The position numbers and the translations under genes were made by a program. DNA of 56,013 nt, the filler included, from Bipalium vagum (taxonomy: Eukaryota), in assembly GCA_037834085.1 (NCBI GenBank). It is 3 parts of 3 records of this genome, joined end to end, with 100 filler letters (N's around TTAATTAATTAA, not from the genome) between each part and the next. Parts side by side here need not be neighbours in the genome. Positions count along the whole stretch, not along the records: positions 38,326 to 56,013 come from JBBMKC010055525.1; 2 more parts are not named here. One strand, written 5' to 3'. Positions 52,601 through 56,013 of this stretch are shown one piece after another (within the stretch, counting starts at the first letter, position 1; every line of letters begins with the position of its first letter). The notes beneath the pieces were generated by a model. That model made no database searches, was not told the origin of the DNA, and was given only the letters and a program-made list of their open reading frames with translations.

Positions 52601-53127
52601 AGGTTTGAGATCAAAATAAATTGAATGTAGAAAATTAAAAATTGCATTTAAAATAAAGAAAAGTTAAGAAGTCTAATTGAACATCTCTGAAAATTTTTTA
52701 AAGAAATTTAGATTAATTTTCTCCAATTGAGTGAACGAAAAAATCTATCTTCGTGTTAAAATCCACTGCTTATAAATTATATTATGGTCATGATAATAAA
52801 AAGACTTAGTCAGAAAAATCGTTCATTGTGTAGGATAGGGTAATAAATTTTGATGTTTTTTTAAATTTTAATTGTCGGTTGAAAAGATATTTTAAAAACT
52901 TTAATAAAATTTCATTCATTTTATATTCAAAAACGTATTGCATTTAATAAGACAAAAGTAATTTATTTAACCAAAGTGTAAATAAATATATTATAACCTG
53001 TTCAAGAGCAAGTTTCAATTCTGCTGATTGTTGTTCTCCAGCTAAAACAAGATCTCGACTGGAATCATGCATACTAAGGTCATTGATGAAAAGTCCAGCC
53101 TTCCACATGCTTTCAACATCTCTCATT
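49326..53127 (-). CDS. Soluble guanylyl cyclase, Gyc-88E/beta-3-like (3' six coding exons; H-NOX exons not found in the window)
   Basis: Exons 53127-52998, 51249-51103, 50293-49987, 49905-49796, 49749-49648, 49610-49326 splice in phase. HNOBA motif [33 protein letters not shown]; helix [15 protein letters not shown]; catalytic motifs [45 protein letters not shown]. Confidence 0.92.
49648..49749 (-). CDS. sGC exon, catalytic domain part 3
   Basis: [15 protein letters not shown]...EEVEIDY, after a 46-nt intron. Donor is gtatgt at 49647 or alternatively gtagag at 49662. Confidence 0.8.
49796..49905 (-). CDS. sGC exon, catalytic domain part 2
   Basis: (G)[36 protein letters not shown]. Confidence 0.93.
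49987..50293 (-). CDS. sGC exon, catalytic domain part 1
   Basis: [19 protein letters not shown]...[16 protein letters not shown]...LKIRV(G); gtgaga donor. Confidence 0.93.
51103..51249 (-). CDS. sGC exon, coiled-coil/signalling helix
   Basis: [49 protein letters not shown]; phase 0/0; not in the ORF track. Confidence 0.9.
51318..52188 (+). mobile_element. Internally deleted mariner in an sGC intron
   Basis: Perfect 27-bp inverted repeat, 51318-51344 / 52158-52184. The HTH start is fused to KIMLCVWWN...QQDNACPH...[12 protein letters not shown]. Confidence 0.88.
52998..53127 (-). CDS. sGC exon, HNOBA
   Basis: ctgtag acceptor; [43 protein letters not shown]; gttata donor. Confidence 0.9.
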
Positions 53128-53244
53128 CTACAGAAGGATGTTAAAAAAGAGAATGAAAAAGAATACTTCAATGGAAAATAATTACATTTTTCATTAAATC
53201 ACTGTAATATTGAGTTACTCAAAATATATTTTGTTTCCTTGGAA

Positions 53245-53311
<67 letters not shown>
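53245..53311. repeat. (ATT)n microsatellite
   Basis: About 22 units. Confidence 0.9.
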
Positions 53312-53313
<2 letters not shown>

Positions 53314-53469
53314 ATAATTATTATTATTTTATATCATTTAAGAATATTTTATAAACATTATTCAAAGAGAAAAACTCTTAAAAGAGAATAAATTAAAATC
53401 ATTAATTTGGAAATTGATAATTAACATGTTAAATAAATTTTTTCATAGATTAATGATTTTCTTTGTATA

Positions 53470-54175
53470 CTATGTTGTCCGGAAAGTCTTAGTGTATAAT
53501 TAGTTACAAATTTATATTAATATTTTAAAGTAAATTACATTTTGTCAAGTGTTATATATTATTTTAAAATTTACAGACTTAACTATTTTAAAAAGATTTA
53601 TTTCGGTTGAAATGAATGATAATAAAATAGCAATTCGCACAATATTGTGCCATTATTAGAAAATAGGAGCAAGTGCAAAATCTGCCGCCGAATACATTTA
53701 AGAATTTGAAGGTGTAAGTATAGTTCGTCTAAATACCCGGCAATCTAGTTGACAAACCAGGTCGCCCATGAGACCTCGATGACGGGGCATTATGCGTCGC
53801 CTTAGATAAAAAATCACATTCAGCTTGCACAGAATTTTCGACAACACTTGTCATTCCTAAGTTAACTGCCTATGAACATTTATTTTACCGGAATTATGAA
53901 TATAAATGACCAAAACAAGATCCACATTAATGGTCAGTCTAGGAAACAAAAAATTGTAATTTGAAACCAGCTTCATAACCCAGTTGCCAATAAATTTTGG
54001 AAGAGAATTGTTACGTGCAATGAAAAATGGATATTTCAGCATGATCATTATAAACCGACGACAATGGGTTTCATAAGAGTACAGACATTACTAGAGGTAC
54101 GACAGGATTGTTTCAGACACAAGGTAATATTATGTGTTTGGTGGAATTTCGAAGGTGCTTCGATATATTCAGGAT
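53470..54175 (+). mobile_element. Mariner 5' half in an sGC intron
   Basis: MNDNKIAIRTIL...KPGRP..., then NEKWIF and HKVILCVWWNFEG. Confidence 0.75.
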
Positions 54176-55764
54176 ATCGCACGATTAGATTGCGGGTTAT
54201 TGGTTATTGGTTATTGTTTATTATGTGGAGACTACTCCCAGGCAAGGAAACCGAAAAGAAATGATGCGAAAAATTACTGTGTTGTGATCCAAATCCCTTA
54301 ACATTTATGTTGTAAATTCAGTGATCTTTTAATCTTTTACTATGTAAATTCTTTATGCATGTTATGTGTATGTATAACATGTGTAATAATTGATAAATCC
54401 AGAGAAAAATAAATTAATAAAATATAAATAATATTCACAAAAATAACAAATAAATTAAAATAATTATACATTTAGAAATACCAACAAAAATAATTTCTAA
54501 AAATAAAAATAATAACTAATGAAATAAATAACAAAAAAATGTATATAAAAATTAAATATAGTAAATTTATATTACTATAAATAAAAAAGGGTTAAAAAAT
54601 AACAATATAAATTAAATTTTTTATCAAACCAACTATCGGATTACAGAGTAACTGTCAAGATATCGACTTTCAGAGAAGACGAAAAAATTTTTAAGATCAA
54701 ATCAGCTGCGAACAAGATATCATTTTACCGAGAAATAGAATAATCATCATACGGACTCAAAAAGAAGAAATCAAATTGGATCTGACAAGCAGGCATCATT
54801 ACAATCAGTATAAAAGAAATCAAATTTAAGTAAATAGGTGCAGAAGAAAGATAAACCCACCAACTCAAAAGTGGAGAATTTAAAATACTTATAAATCGTT
54901 TCAAAGGAAGCAGTCAGGCAGTGGAATTTCAATCAATCAATTGTGGCATTCATATTCCGATTTAGGAATATTTAGAATTATCATTAATCAGTCAAAAAGC
55001 TTCAACCAGATTCCAGTATTAATTCATAAGAGTAATTATTGTTGTTTTTTAAAAAATAAAATCAATCATAAATAACATTTTGACCACAGATTGAATATTT
55101 TGACTGTTAACTAACTTATCTCTAAAATAATCTAGATAGAATAATTGAATAGTTCCCCAATTATTCTATCATTATCAAAATAATTTTTTGTTGTTGTTAA
55201 TTCCCATCTTTTCTTTTTATCTCCTTCTCTACGTCTAGTAGAGCGGAGAGGCGCTTGTTACTTTTGAGGGCTCTTGAGGCTAGGATAGTGAAGAACATTC
55301 CAAAACCTTTCCTAAATTACTATTTCTCTGGGATTTGTCAATAAAACAATTAATCGAATTTTATTTGTTCAACAAAGTTTTAAAAATATATTTTTACTAA
55401 ATCAATATCGTTTCTTGATTTGTGTTAGTGAACGATTTTTATTGCGATATCTACCATTTGAGTGTTTTTATTCAGTTTGATTTGAATTTGATATAAAAAT
55501 ACCCAGTCGATCAAAAAATAATATATATAAACTCATTTTATTTTTATTTGAACACGAGCGTAACACACTTTAAACTCTTCTAAATTTTAATAATTATAAC
55601 GAGCTACGTTAAGTTTTGATTAAATATTGTTCTAAATCTATTTCATTTATTCTATCAATCACATTCAAAACTTAACAATTATTTAGTGTATCAAACGTTC
55701 AACCTAACTCCAACTCTTAGGTTGGAGTGGGACGGGTGGGTGTTTTGGGTAAAACCAACATTAT

Positions 55765-55905
55765 TATGGTCGGCAGCTCAATATATTTAACGAGGTGGAA
55801 TCGTCATGCCAAGAGCTCTTTACCTCAAAGCCGAATGAAAGGTATTGAATTATTTGCAGAAAGATGAACAGTTGTCATAGAAAACGATGGTTTGTATTTA
55901 AAAGA
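55765..55905 (+). mobile_element. Mariner C-terminal fragment
   Basis: GRQLNIFNEVESSCQELFTSKP...GIELFAER*TVVIENDGLY. Confidence 0.55.
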
Positions 55906-56013
55906 ATGGTGTCATTTTTTAAAAAAAAATTTTGTTAAATACAGGGTGCGTGCGATATTTTCGGAATAAATTTGAACGTTAAATACAATGTTATTTTAAT
56001 TTTGTCATTAAAA

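Noticed and set aside
37-53127. TRIM37, GPCR and sGC all on one strand as a functional cluster or operon
   Set aside because: They are separated by artificial joins and up to 30 kb of repeats, with no evidence of shared function. Co-orientation of three or four genes is readily explained by chance.
54625-55020. Possible LINE endonuclease remnant (also EGGL near 6285 and VKYI near 37785)
   Set aside because: Multiple stops and only single weak motifs; not supportable without a search.
1-56013. CRISPR arrays, tRNA/rRNA genes or prokaryotic defence systems
   Set aside because: None seen. The DNA is spliceosomal-intron-containing eukaryotic sequence with no repeat-spacer periodicity.

Overview
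AT-rich, intron-containing eukaryotic (animal) genomic DNA. The (AAT)n microsatellites, 37-80 nt mini-introns and dense mariner relics suggest a flatworm such as a planarian (inference only). Three assembly gaps are present; two are 100-bp artificial joins (44N-TTAATTAATTAA-44N), so synteny across them is unproven. Genes, all on the minus strand: (1) a complete 13-exon TRIM37 orthologue (RING, B-box, coiled coil, MATH, long tail; about 894 aa; 15765->37), assembled by hand with GT-AG introns and consistent phases; (2) a class A peptide-type GPCR with an intronless CDS (438 aa); (3) the last six coding exons of an atypical Gyc-88E-like soluble guanylyl cyclase with substituted catalytic residues; (4) a probable orphan first coding exon at about 39 kb. 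The rest is decayed mobile DNA: many DD34D mariners (one near full length), a pogo/Tigger element with a nested mariner, a DD41D fragment, a 5'-truncated Ty3/Gypsy with its 3' LTR, a Polinton/Maverick-like fragment, and an unexplained ORF-bearing island at 41-43 kb. I found no convincing new multi-gene system. The best leads are the altered cyclase, the orphan exon, the 41-43 kb island, the Polinton-like fragment and the stop-free TRIM37 intron.
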